Source: a virus. From it: a DNA stretch of 64,000 nucleotides. Of the stretch, positions 37,444 to 46,095 are shown piece by piece (positions within the stretch are counted from its first letter, which is position 1; each line of letters starts with the position of its first letter). The stretch lies in IMG/VR virus record IMGVR_UViG_3300032320_001622, positions 1,195 to 65,194 of that record, one strand, 5' to 3'. Under the pieces are notes generated by a model that was given only the letters and a program-made list of their open reading frames with translations, had not been told where the DNA came from and ran no database searches. The translations under genes were made by a program, and so were the position numbers.

Positions 37444-37734
37444 TTATGGAGTGGCGCTCGACGCTGCCGAAGTCGCAGCGGTCGGAATCTTGCGCGGAGC
37501 GCCACGAGTGTCGTTGGACACGGAGAGCGTGGTGAGGTCGTTCGACAACTCGGGGAATGAGTATGTCGCGCGTCCTGACTTGCGCTGCGGATCTCCTGTG
37601 ATCCAAACGGGAATGACCGAGTAACCCAGTGCAGTCTTGGCAAGGAGCAACTCCTTGCGGGTGAACTTGGTCTGGCCAGGGAACATCTTTGAGAGCGTGA
37701 AGAGGAACTCGATTTGGTTCTTGGTGTAGGTCAT
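37444..37734 (-). CDS. stand-alone paralog of the AAA ATPase N-terminal domain
   Basis: FTRKEL..IPVWITGDPQRKSGRATYSFPEL; start MTYTK after AAGGA. Confidence 0.65.
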   Translation of the reverse strand: MTYTKNQIEFLFTLSKMFPGQTKFTRKELLLAKTALGYSVIPVWITGDPQRKSGRATYSFPELSNDLTTLSVSNDTRGAPRKIPTAATSAASSATP

Positions 37735-37755
37735 GTTCTTGTCCTTTGCTCCTAA

Positions 37756-37783
37756 AGTATACTTCATTTAGAGCATTAGTCAA
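37756..37783 (-). promoter_or_regulatory. sigma70-type promoter
   Basis: TTGACT-16 bp-TATACT. Confidence 0.75.
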
Positions 37784-37804
37784 GGGGAACCCAAGATTTT
37801 TTAA

Positions 37805-38218
37805 TCAATCCTTGGGCCAGAGATCCTCGCCAGTGTTGGGATCGCGGAAGTCGTCGTATCCCACCTCACCGTAGCCATCGCCGAAGTCCTGCTCCTCGTC
37901 ATGCCGGTCCTGCTTCGGCGTGTTCATCAGGTCCTGAATCAACTTCTCGACCGCTTCGTTGCCGCCGAAGAACTTGTCCATCAGTTCGCCGATCATCTCG
38001 TCGTTGTGCTTGCCGACGATGGTTTCGACCTCTTCGAAGGTACGAGCGCGAAGCACATCGTTCACCGAAGTGATCAGTTTCACATCACGCTCCTCGCACT
38101 TCACCTTGGCAACAGCCAGACGGTTGAGAAGGTACGAGATCGTCGGAAGGATCGCGTTGAGTTGTGCCAGGTAGAGGTGGCGCTCGTTGGTGATGCGATT
38201 GAGTTCACGAGTGTTCAC
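37805..38218 (-). CDS. hypothetical protein
   Basis: 137 aa; GTG start; AAGGA RBS. Confidence 0.6.
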   Translation of the reverse strand: MNTRELNRITNERHLYLAQLNAILPTISYLLNRLAVAKVKCEERDVKLITSVNDVLRARTFEEVETIVGKHNDEMIGELMDKFFGGNEAVEKLIQDLMNTPKQDRHDEEQDFGDGYGEVGYDDFRDPNTGEDLWPKD

Positions 38219-38385
38219 GAGAGCATTTCCTTTTCGAGAGAAGCGAGGTGGTCGAAGCCGGTGGGAGTGAGGTTGTTGTTGTCGTCCAGCAGATCATCGA
38301 AGATGACCAGTTGGTCGAACTCGTCCTCGTCGATGCAGTCGAGGCAGAGTTCATCGAGTTCGTCGTTGTAGGTAGGTTCATCCAT
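38215..38385 (-). CDS. very acidic 56-aa protein
   Basis: MDEPTYNDELDELCLDCIDEDEFD..; overlaps both neighbours; GAGGAG upstream. Confidence 0.55.
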   Translation of the reverse strand: MDEPTYNDELDELCLDCIDEDEFDQLVIFDDLLDDNNNLTPTGFDHLASLEKEMLS

Positions 38386-38704
38386 TTGCAGGGATCTCCT
38401 CGGCGGACTGCGCCGGAGTGGTGGTGTTGCCGATGATCTCAGGACAGAAATACTTACCGCGTTCGAGGCGACGAGCCGGATCCTTCATCAGCCAACGAGG
38501 CAGACGAAGCCCCTTCTTCGCACGAATGGCAACGCACTCGCTGCGAGTCAGGAAGTCCTTGTTTCCGAACCCGCACTCCCAAGCGGCAGTGATGTACGCC
38601 GGATCAGCGGGGAGAGGATTGGGATGATTGTCCCAAATGGGGAACGAGATCGGCTTGCCACAAGCGTAGGTGGGAGCGGGGAGTTGAGTGATGGTGTGTG
38701 ACAT
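38378..38704 (-). CDS. stand-alone paralog of the AAA ATPase N-terminal domain
   Basis: LTRSEC..LPRWLMKDPARRLERGKYFCPEI; AGGAG RBS. Confidence 0.7.
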   Translation of the reverse strand: MSHTITQLPAPTYACGKPISFPIWDNHPNPLPADPAYITAAWECGFGNKDFLTRSECVAIRAKKGLRLPRWLMKDPARRLERGKYFCPEIIGNTTTPAQSAEEIPANG

Positions 38705-38734
38705 TGGGTGTTTCTCCTGTGTGTTCGTGGAAGT

Positions 38735-40123
38735 TTAGGCGACGACCGGATTCCAACCCTTCCAGTAGGTCGTATCAGTCGAGTAGATCTGGCCGGTGAT
38801 GTGCCAGCACTTGTTGGTCGGATCCCACAGACCACCCTTGCTCTTCACCTCGAGGCGCGAAGCGAAGGGAACGGTGAGGTTGATGCGAGCAGCGACGGTC
38901 ATCGGATCGACAGCGCCAGCAGCCGGGGTAGCAGCGACGGAAGCACCACCATCAGCGACCACCTCCGCATCGACCTTGGTGTACAGGTTGATGAACGCTT
39001 CCTGCGTATCGGCGGTGAACCGCGCGATGGTCTGCTTGATCGCCTTCATCTTGTCACCGAAGATGCTGTAGTTGTCCACGATGGCGCACAGACGACGAGT
39101 GGTGATCATGTCGTCGATGCCACCGGCGGTGAAGGTCTTGCGGACGATCTCCGACCACTTCGTGAGGTTGTCCGCGAACTTCTCGTCGCGGCAGTTGAAG
39201 TTGTCCATCAGGTTGAGGACGATCTTGCGCTCCTGCGCGCGCGACGGGTACTCCTGCTCAAGCGTGATCTTGAAACGCTCAAGGAACGCTTCGTTCTGAA
39301 TGCGAGTACCGGCGAAACGCTCGGAGTTCTCACCACCCTGACCCTTCGTGTTCGCGGTCGCGACGACGGTGAAACCGGCAGCGGGGATCACCTTCTCGTT
39401 GATCTTCTTGAGGTAGACACCCTTACCCTCAAGCACCGGCTGGAGGCACATCATCTTGTCGGTGCCGAGATCGACCTCGTCAAGCAGGAGGACAGCGCCG
39501 CGCTTCATCGCAAGCGTAACCGGTCCGTCCTGCCAGACAGTCTCACCGTTGACGAGACGGAAACCGCCGAGGAGATCGTCCTCATCGGTCGTAGCGATGA
39601 TGTTGACGCGCAGACACTCGCGCTTGAGACGAGCACACACCTGCTCGACCATCGTCGTCTTGCCGTTGCCGGAGAGGCCGGTGATGTAGATCGGGTAGAA
39701 GCGACCCGAACCGATGATCGTCTCGATGTCCTTGAAGTGACCGTACGGGACATAGAGCGAATCCTTCTCGGGGATCAGCGAAGCACCCGACACCGTGTTC
39801 GCAGCGGTCGGAACGACACGCGACGAGAGAGTGGTCGCAGCCGGAGCGACAGCGGCGACAGGAGCGGGAGCAGCAACAACGGCAGCGGGAGCAGCCGGAG
39901 TAGCGACGCTGCCACCGTTCGACTTGTGCATCGCGGTGAGTTCAGGGCAGTGATACTTGCCGTGACCAGCGCGACGCGAGTCGTCCTTCATCAGCCAAGC
40001 AGGCATCGGGATGCTGTGCTTCGCCTTGAGCGCCTTGATCTGAGCGCGCGAGAGCGGCGAAGTGTAGCCAGCGTTGAAGGCGAGCGTAACGAAACGATTG
40101 ATCTTGTCTTGCATGGTAGCCAT
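38735..40123 (-). CDS. MoxR/CobS-like AAA+ ATPase with C-terminal DUF5710-like domain
   Basis: Walker A GLSGNGKT, Walker B LLLDEVD, TANTKG, AFLERF and TRRL motifs; C-terminal NLTVPF...KSKGGLWDP..K.W. Confidence 0.9.
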   Translation of the reverse strand: MATMQDKINRFVTLAFNAGYTSPLSRAQIKALKAKHSIPMPAWLMKDDSRRAGHGKYHCPELTAMHKSNGGSVATPAAPAAVVAAPAPVAAVAPAATTLSSRVVPTAANTVSGASLIPEKDSLYVPYGHFKDIETIIGSGRFYPIYITGLSGNGKTTMVEQVCARLKRECLRVNIIATTDEDDLLGGFRLVNGETVWQDGPVTLAMKRGAVLLLDEVDLGTDKMMCLQPVLEGKGVYLKKINEKVIPAAGFTVVATANTKGQGGENSERFAGTRIQNEAFLERFKITLEQEYPSRAQERKIVLNLMDNFNCRDEKFADNLTKWSEIVRKTFTAGGIDDMITTRRLCAIVDNYSIFGDKMKAIKQTIARFTADTQEAFINLYTKVDAEVVADGGASVAATPAAGAVDPMTVAARINLTVPFASRLEVKSKGGLWDPTNKCWHITGQIYSTDTTYWKGWNPVVA

Positions 40124-40202
40124 AGTTCTGTTTCCTCTGTCGTGTAGACTGCGTTTGCGTTTGTTGCGTTTAGAGCAGTCGGGGAGAGATCGTGTCCGAG
40201 AC

Positions 40203-40471
40203 TATAGCCTACCATATGGCTGAGCCGATGCAAGCGCATAAGCCGATAAACAGCAAAGATTTACGCAAATAGTCGTAAGTCCTTGTGGCGCAAGGTATTA
40301 TCGGCGCCTGTGCAGACAGCGGATTATCGGACATAGGCTGGAGGAATTATACGGACTTTGGCGGGGTTTGTTCCCAACTTATCCACAATCCCATAATACC
40401 CTGTGGCATAAGGACTTACGACATAATCGCTCGTAAGTGCTTGCAATTGCATGGGTTTATGGTAGGCTATA
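40203..40471. promoter_or_regulatory. symmetric divergent promoter region
   Basis: two TTGCAW-16-TAGGCT promoters in opposite orientation; 26/30 inverted repeat (40272-40301 and 40393-40422); DnaA box TTATCCACA at 40379-40387. Confidence 0.8.
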
Positions 40472-40477
40472 GGTGCT

Positions 40478-42805
40478 ATGACTACTTTCACCGATTCGAA
40501 CGCTCTCCCCACTCGCACCGCCGCTGTCCGCGCTGGCGCTACTGATGCTCTCGCGCGTCTCATGTCGACCGAGAACATCACGGTCGTGCGCGATCCCGCT
40601 TCGCCGACTGCTACCTTCAACACCAAGACTCGCGTGCTCACGCTTCCGGTCTACAAGACCGAGATGAGCAAGTCGGTTGCTGACGGTCTGATCGGACACG
40701 AGGTCGGACACGCTCTCTTCACTCCGTCTGACGAAGCCACCATTCGTGGTGCGATGAACAGCATCGACCCCAACAACCCGGCTGTCGTTCACGATTACCT
40801 GAATGTGATCGAGGATGCGCGTATCGAGCGCATGATGAAGGCGAAGTTCCCCGGTCTTCGTCGTACCTTCGTTGAGATGTACGCGGAGATGACCGAGCAG
40901 GACTTCTTCCAGGTCGCTGACAAGAACATCGACGAACTCCCGCTCGTTGATCGTCTCAACCTCCACTTCAAGGCCGGCATCAACGGTCACATGGTGATTC
41001 CGTTCACCACCGAGGAGGAAGCGTTCGTCAAGATGATCGACGCTGCGCGTTCGTTCGATGATGTCGTCAACGCTGCGCGTGAACTCTACGACTATGTGAC
41101 TCAGCCGAAGCAGGAGCAGAAGCCTCAGCAGTCGCAGAGCAGCAAGGGTGCTTCGGGCACCGGCAACGACGACGGTGCTGACGGTTCCGCTTCGGGCAAC
41201 GATCAGCAGGACGGCGATCAGGGTTCGGGTGATGCTGACGGCAGCAACGGTGCCGGTGAGCAGGATCAGGATCAGACTGCTACTCCCACCATGCAGTCGG
41301 AGAACGGCACCAACACGATGGATCAGACGGGCGAGAACCCCGAGACTGATTCCAAGACTGAGGGTTCTGCCAGCAACGGTGCGGGTATCGGCGAGAACAA
41401 GCAGAACGCTCCGGCTTCCACGACCAACAGCGCGATGAGCAAGAACATCGCGCAGCAGCGTGATCTCAACGCGAAGAAGACGGCGTTCTACCGTCTTCCG
41501 ACGATCAACCTCGACAAGGTCATCGTGGATGTTGCTCGCATTCACAAGGACATCACCGCTGTCCGCAACAATCTCGCCAGTGGTGGTCGTGTCAGTGCGC
41601 GTCACGATGCTGCGAAGAACATGGCTAAGTTCACCGAGAACTCGCGTGAGTATGTGCAGACTCTCGTTCGTGAGTTCGAGCGCAAGATGGCTGCTGACGA
41701 GCAGCGTCGTACCTTCGTCTCGCGCACCGGCTCGCTCGATATGTCGCGCGTTCACACCTACCGCTTCAGCGACGATCTGTTCCTCAAGTCGTCGTGGGTT
41801 GCTGAGGGCAAGAACCACGGCATGGTGATGTTCATCGACTGGTCGGGTTCGATGTCCCGTACCCTTGAGAACACGATGTATCAGATGATGAACCTCATCC
41901 TGTTCTGCAACGCGCTTCGCATTCCGTTCGAGGTGTATGCGTTCAGCACCGCGACTCCGAACTTCGATGATGTCGGTTACTTCGGTACTGACTACTACAA
42001 CGCTTACGCATCCAACTGCGCTGCGGTGTGCAAGGAGTACACCACCGTCGAGACGACCCCCACCGCCAGTGGTAAGAAGCAGTATCAGATCGAGTACGGC
42101 GATTACGCTGTCTGCACCCCGTTCTCGCTTCTCAACCTCTGCTCGTCGCGTCTCAACAAGAAGGCGATGCGCGAAGCACTTGAGAACCTGATGTTCCTTG
42201 CGAAGAACCCCAACAACGGCCCTGCGTACATGGGACTCGGTGGTACTCCGCTTGACGAGTGCATCATGGCTGCCATTCCCGTGGTGAACAAGTTCCGCGA
42301 GTCCACCAAGACGCAGATCGTCAACACGATCCTGCTCACCGATGGTGCGGGTGGTTCGGTTCCGTTCAAGGGACACAACTACGGCGATCCCGTCACGGTT
42401 CGTGCTGCGAGTGGACACACCTACACTTCGAATCAGAATCAGGATTCGTCGTCGTTCCTTCGCAACATCTTCCGTGCCGAGACCAAGTCTTCTCTCACCG
42501 GCTTCTACCTTGTCGAGTCGGCTTACGCGAGCGGGATCATGTACGATTACTTCCCGAACGCGAAGGATCGCAAGGAAGCGGAGACTTCGTTCGCTTCCGA
42601 CAAGTACGCGGTCGTTTCCGACATCAAGCGTTTGGGTTACGACAACTACTTCCTGCTCGACTCGTCGGTGAAGTCCGCGTCGAACAAGGATGTCGTCACC
42701 GGCAACGCGGAGGAGTCGTTCATGCGTACTGCTGCCAGCAAGAAGTCCACTCGCGCGGTGCTGTCCAAGTTCACCGACACCATCGCAAAGGACTTCAAGT
42801 ACTGA
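40478..42805 (+). CDS. CobT-like protein: metallopeptidase-like N-domain plus vWA domain
   Basis: HEVGH and NVIEDARIE motifs; acidic low-complexity linker; MIDAS DWSGS; GGTPL and LTDG motifs. Confidence 0.88.
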   Translation: MTTFTDSNALPTRTAAVRAGATDALARLMSTENITVVRDPASPTATFNTKTRVLTLPVYKTEMSKSVADGLIGHEVGHALFTPSDEATIRGAMNSIDPNNPAVVHDYLNVIEDARIERMMKAKFPGLRRTFVEMYAEMTEQDFFQVADKNIDELPLVDRLNLHFKAGINGHMVIPFTTEEEAFVKMIDAARSFDDVVNAARELYDYVTQPKQEQKPQQSQSSKGASGTGNDDGADGSASGNDQQDGDQGSGDADGSNGAGEQDQDQTATPTMQSENGTNTMDQTGENPETDSKTEGSASNGAGIGENKQNAPASTTNSAMSKNIAQQRDLNAKKTAFYRLPTINLDKVIVDVARIHKDITAVRNNLASGGRVSARHDAAKNMAKFTENSREYVQTLVREFERKMAADEQRRTFVSRTGSLDMSRVHTYRFSDDLFLKSSWVAEGKNHGMVMFIDWSGSMSRTLENTMYQMMNLILFCNALRIPFEVYAFSTATPNFDDVGYFGTDYYNAYASNCAAVCKEYTTVETTPTASGKKQYQIEYGDYAVCTPFSLLNLCSSRLNKKAMREALENLMFLAKNPNNGPAYMGLGGTPLDECIMAAIPVVNKFRESTKTQIVNTILLTDGAGGSVPFKGHNYGDPVTVRAASGHTYTSNQNQDSSSFLRNIFRAETKSSLTGFYLVESAYASGIMYDYFPNAKDRKEAETSFASDKYAVVSDIKRLGYDNYFLLDSSVKSASNKDVVTGNAEESFMRTAASKKSTRAVLSKFTDTIAKDFKY

Positions 42806-42857
42806 TCGTAGGGGAATGGTGGACGCGCTGTCCGCCAATCGTGTAGTCATAGCCGAA

Positions 42858-42894
42858 GCCCCAGTGGTGTTTCCCCCGCCACTGGGGTTTCTTT
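42858..42894 (+). terminator. intrinsic terminator
   Basis: CCCCAGTGGTG..CGCCACTGGGG followed by TTTCTTT. Confidence 0.7.
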
Positions 42895-42944
42895 ATAGGT
42901 ATTGGCCAGATACACGACGATACATACCAGCGGAGGATCGCTTT

Positions 42945-43382
42945 ATGTCCAACGCCAAGCAGATTCCCAAGTTTCTACACCATGTTCGCTCTCAATGCCG
43001 CAAACTGAATGTAAAGTTTCGTCTGAGTAAGTCGGACGGAATAAACTCAGGTGATGGTGAAGAGCGTCTACGCGGCATCTTCATCACGCCAACGACCAAC
43101 AAATCAGGCAGTCTTCGTGTTGCAGTGAACAATCGTCGAGTATCCGAGTGGATCGTCGATGTGGCACACGAATATGTGCATATGATGCAGTGGTTTCGTG
43201 GAGATGCTCTGTACGAAGATCACTTTCGAGGGGATGTTTCGTACGCCAAACTGGAAGCAGCCACTGAAAAAGAAGCCATCATTCTCCTGAAAGCATGGGG
43301 AATACAGGTAGGCACGCACCAGATCAAGCGTTCCAAGCGTTACATCGCCAAACTCCGCATCGAAGAGAAGCAATCGGTGTGA
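42945..43382 (+). CDS. HExxH metallopeptidase-like protein
   Basis: AHEYVHMMQW with a downstream E; GGAGG RBS before MSNAK. Confidence 0.65.
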   Translation: MSNAKQIPKFLHHVRSQCRKLNVKFRLSKSDGINSGDGEERLRGIFITPTTNKSGSLRVAVNNRRVSEWIVDVAHEYVHMMQWFRGDALYEDHFRGDVSYAKLEAATEKEAIILLKAWGIQVGTHQIKRSKRYIAKLRIEEKQSV

Positions 43383-43739
43383 AGTTCGGCGGTGGACTGC
43401 GCTAATATACTGCCAAATACATACAAAATCCCTCGCAAGCAGCAGATTTTGTGTATTTGCTTTGTATATTAGCGCAGTCTACACGGCTTTGCCGCGGCTT
43501 TGCCGTGCTTTCGAGACCGATTCGGATCGTCTCGAAGTCCCCCAGACAAATTACTCACTAACTCGAACTGAGTTTCGAGCGGAAGATTTCGTGGCATTCA
43601 ATTGCCACGGAATTCACCACCAGACACGCGACTGGGAACCCCCATAAGATCCATAAGATCGGTTGTGGAGCGTAGAAACTCCTCAAAACTCTCATAAATA
43701 CTGTCATATCAGTGAAATTTGTCAATATTGGAGCAAATA

Positions 43740-44027
43740 ATGCCATTTTACGACTACAAATGTGAGAAATGTGATCATCTATTCGAAGAAATGCTCAAAG
43801 TGGCCGATAGAAAGAAGCCCGAGCGGAAGAAATGCCCTGGTTGTGGTGCGTCTGGGTGTGTGAAGCAGCATATATCTGGTGGCACTGGTATGGCAATCGA
43901 CACAAATCACCGTGTAGATGGGAATGCCACTGGGGCGTTCAAGGATGTGATGGAAAGAGTGATTCAATCAGACGGCATCAGAGGGTCAAAGCGTGAGAAG
44001 TATTACCGTACCAGATGGGGAATGTGA
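43740..44027 (+). CDS. FmdB-family zinc ribbon protein
   Basis: MPFYDYKCEKC..FE...CPGC motif. Confidence 0.8.
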   Translation: MPFYDYKCEKCDHLFEEMLKVADRKKPERKKCPGCGASGCVKQHISGGTGMAIDTNHRVDGNATGAFKDVMERVIQSDGIRGSKREKYYRTRWGM

Positions 44028-44087
44028 CCGTTTCTGGCCGCCAGACCCCCATTTAAAAATACATTTAAAACCAAAAACCACTACATT

Positions 44088-44264
44088 ATGACCAACCAAC
44101 CACCCCCACAACAACCAAAGAGAACACCCAGAATACTCGACATCGAAGATACGGTATTGATACTTCTCATCATTTTCTTCTTCTGTATCTTTCCACCTGT
44201 ATCCGTTCTTCTATTGGCAATATGGATCATAGATGAGATAAGAACCAGATGATACTGGCATTGA
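44088..44264 (+). CDS. small membrane protein
   Basis: 58 aa with a long hydrophobic stretch; not in the ORF track. Confidence 0.4.
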
Positions 44265-44338
44265 TTCTTTCCTATGCATGGCCGTATCTCGATTCCAGAA
44301 TGAAAATCACAACGAAGATTCCCAGAACGGCGTATTGC

Positions 44339-44438
44339 CGATTCGAAGTTCGATACGAAGTTGGTCAGTTCGATACGAAGATTTGTCAAGTGAAAGTTGG
44401 CGATTTCGAAACGAAGTTGTGAAAGGCGATACGAAGTT
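44339..44438 (+). repeat. five direct repeats of CGATACGAAGTT
   Basis: copies at 44339, 44351, 44371, 44407 and 44427, each with at most 1 mismatch. Confidence 0.8.
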
Positions 44439-44474
44439 TCACAAAACATAAATAGAAAAAACAGGAGATAGTTT

Positions 44475-44846
44475 ATGAACATTCCACATCTGCAAGAGAC
44501 AGCAAAACACTACGCCAACTTGGCTGAACAATACCGTTCACAGTTGGCGAAAGAACAAGAACTGAACGAAGATCTACTTTCCTTGATCGACGCTTTATGT
44601 GAAGAACTCGGTATTGATGTCGAGGCTTTGTTTGAGGATGAGCAAACAAATGCAAGAGAAAAGGAAATGCTTGGTAAGATTAACTCTACCACGGATGCAT
44701 ATCACGCAGAAAAGCCTGGTGCGGAGAGGAAACTGCAAAATCTACTCAAGCAGGATGCGCTAGAGCGAGGGTCACCACATCTAATTGTTAAAGGTGGGGC
44801 GCGAAAAGGTCGCGGCACCGCATCAAAGCCAAGCCGCAAGAAATGA
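44475..44846 (+). CDS. hypothetical late protein
   Basis: TAAATA and AGGAG upstream; shares NE.L...D.LCE..G.D.E.L.E module with 45088. Confidence 0.65.
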   Translation: MNIPHLQETAKHYANLAEQYRSQLAKEQELNEDLLSLIDALCEELGIDVEALFEDEQTNAREKEMLGKINSTTDAYHAEKPGAERKLQNLLKQDALERGSPHLIVKGGARKGRGTASKPSRKK

Positions 44847-45091
44847 ACTGGCTACACTCCATCACCCTCGCGTATCTACAGGAAAGAACACTTGAGACAT
44901 TGGCCAAGAAGCACGATGTCTCGGTGGAAGACCTGAAGAAGCAACTTGAGATGGGCGTGGAGGTCGAGAAGGAACACACGGACGACGAAGACAAGGCCAG
45001 AAGCATAGCGATGGATCACTTGGAGGAAGTCCCGAACTACTACAGCAAACTCAAGAAATATGTCGAACCAAAGAAAAAGGAAACCAAATGA
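44843..45091 (+). CDS. DUF5661-like protein
   Basis: QLEMGVEVEKEHT....A..IAMDHL.E.P.YYSKL motif. Confidence 0.7.
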   Translation: MNWLHSITLAYLQERTLETLAKKHDVSVEDLKKQLEMGVEVEKEHTDDEDKARSIAMDHLEEVPNYYSKLKKYVEPKKKETK

Positions 45092-45870
45092 GTTACACAA
45101 ATAACTGGACACAAATCATTCGTCAACTTATGACGGAAAGCCACACAAAAGAAGAGTTGATGAAACTCTCCAACGCTGAATTAAAGAAACTTCACGGTGA
45201 ATACACGGACAAGGGCGATGAAGATTCTCAAAAGGAAGCAAAGGCCATCAAGAACATTCTCGATGAGCGTGGCGATGACAAGGAAGAGAAGGAAGAGGAC
45301 AAAGAAGATATGAAGCAGCAGAATGAAGAACTCATGCTGATGCTTGATGTTCTCTGTGAGATGGTTGGCGTGGATATGGAAACTTTGGTCGAAGAGACAA
45401 GAAAAGAGATGGAGAATCTTGCTCATGCACATGGCTGGGATCAAAAATCACCAGAGGGTGCTACAGGAGCAAATGAGCGTATTGCAAGAGTAAGAGCAAA
45501 TATGAAGCGTTTGGGAAAGAGAAATACAAGAGATGCCATTCCTGCTGGAATGAAAACTGCTCTGGATATAGAACTGTCTGGAGATGATGTTCACGAAAGA
45601 TCTGCCAAAAAGGGCGGTGGTGTTGTAAACGATCCAAAAGCATTTGCAAGAACACAGCGTTCCATAGAGAAAATTGGAGATGATGTACAACTCAGAGATT
45701 TTGCCAAAATAACACTTCCCAAGAAGAATACAAAGAAAGTCAACGAAAGTAAGATAAAAGAAACAGTAAAGAAAGTAATCAAAACAGGTAAGAAGGTTGC
45801 AGGAAAAGTAGGTAAAGCGATGATTGATGATCAAAGAGCAAAAGGTATCTACGATCAACCAAAATATTAA
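45088..45870 (+). CDS. hypothetical late protein
   Basis: 260 aa, highly charged; followed by a terminator. Confidence 0.65.
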   Translation: MSYTNNWTQIIRQLMTESHTKEELMKLSNAELKKLHGEYTDKGDEDSQKEAKAIKNILDERGDDKEEKEEDKEDMKQQNEELMLMLDVLCEMVGVDMETLVEETRKEMENLAHAHGWDQKSPEGATGANERIARVRANMKRLGKRNTRDAIPAGMKTALDIELSGDDVHERSAKKGGGVVNDPKAFARTQRSIEKIGDDVQLRDFAKITLPKKNTKKVNESKIKETVKKVIKTGKKVAGKVGKAMIDDQRAKGIYDQPKY

Positions 45871-45875
45871 AAAAG

Positions 45876-45897
45876 AACCCCGCGAAAGCGGGGTTTT
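45876..45897. terminator. bidirectional terminator
   Basis: AACCCCGC-GAAA-GCGGGGTT between convergent genes. Confidence 0.8.
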
Positions 45898-46063
45898 ACT
45901 TTGGCTTCTTCTTTTCCTTGTCGTGAACGCTTGGTGTTGGTTCCTTGCTCTTGACAGGATCTACTTGACCTGGTGTATCCGCCACATACTTCTTGCGTAG
46001 TTCGTGGGTTCCCCAGTATCCTGCGCCTGGTGGTTCGTGAATGAATGACTTAAATGTTTTCAT
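45896..46063 (-). CDS. small candidate head protein
   Basis: MKTFKSFIHE start; WGT.EL...Y...TPGQ motif. Confidence 0.55.
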   Translation of the reverse strand: MKTFKSFIHEPPGAGYWGTHELRKKYVADTPGQVDPVKSKEPTPSVHDKEKKKPK

Positions 46064-46065
46064 AA

Positions 46066-46080
46066 CTAAATAGTATTTAG
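46066..46080. promoter_or_regulatory. face-to-face T4-like late promoters
   Basis: palindrome CTAAATA-G-TATTTAG between divergent genes. Confidence 0.65.
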
Positions 46081-46095
46081 TAAAATGGAGATAAT

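Noticed and set aside
38708-40147. 479-aa plus-strand ORF opposite the AAA ATPase
   Set aside because: Same shadow effect; the Walker motifs are on the minus strand
38735-42805. Cobalamin biosynthesis (cobS/cobT) supplying the B12-dependent NrdJ
   Set aside because: No cobN or other cob genes are present; the similarity reflects the general MoxR/vWA families, so no gene symbols were assigned
40457-42850. 797-aa antisense ORF opposite the vWA gene
   Set aside because: Shadow frame produced by strong codon bias; it has no motifs, while the plus-strand protein has clear HExxH and MIDAS motifs
33160-43400. GC-rich island as an integrated mobile element
   Set aside because: No integrase, transposase or flanking direct repeats were seen, and its gene types are phage-like
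44339-44438. Possible CRISPR array
   Set aside because: Repeats are only 12 bp with 0-24 bp irregular gaps, and there are no cas genes
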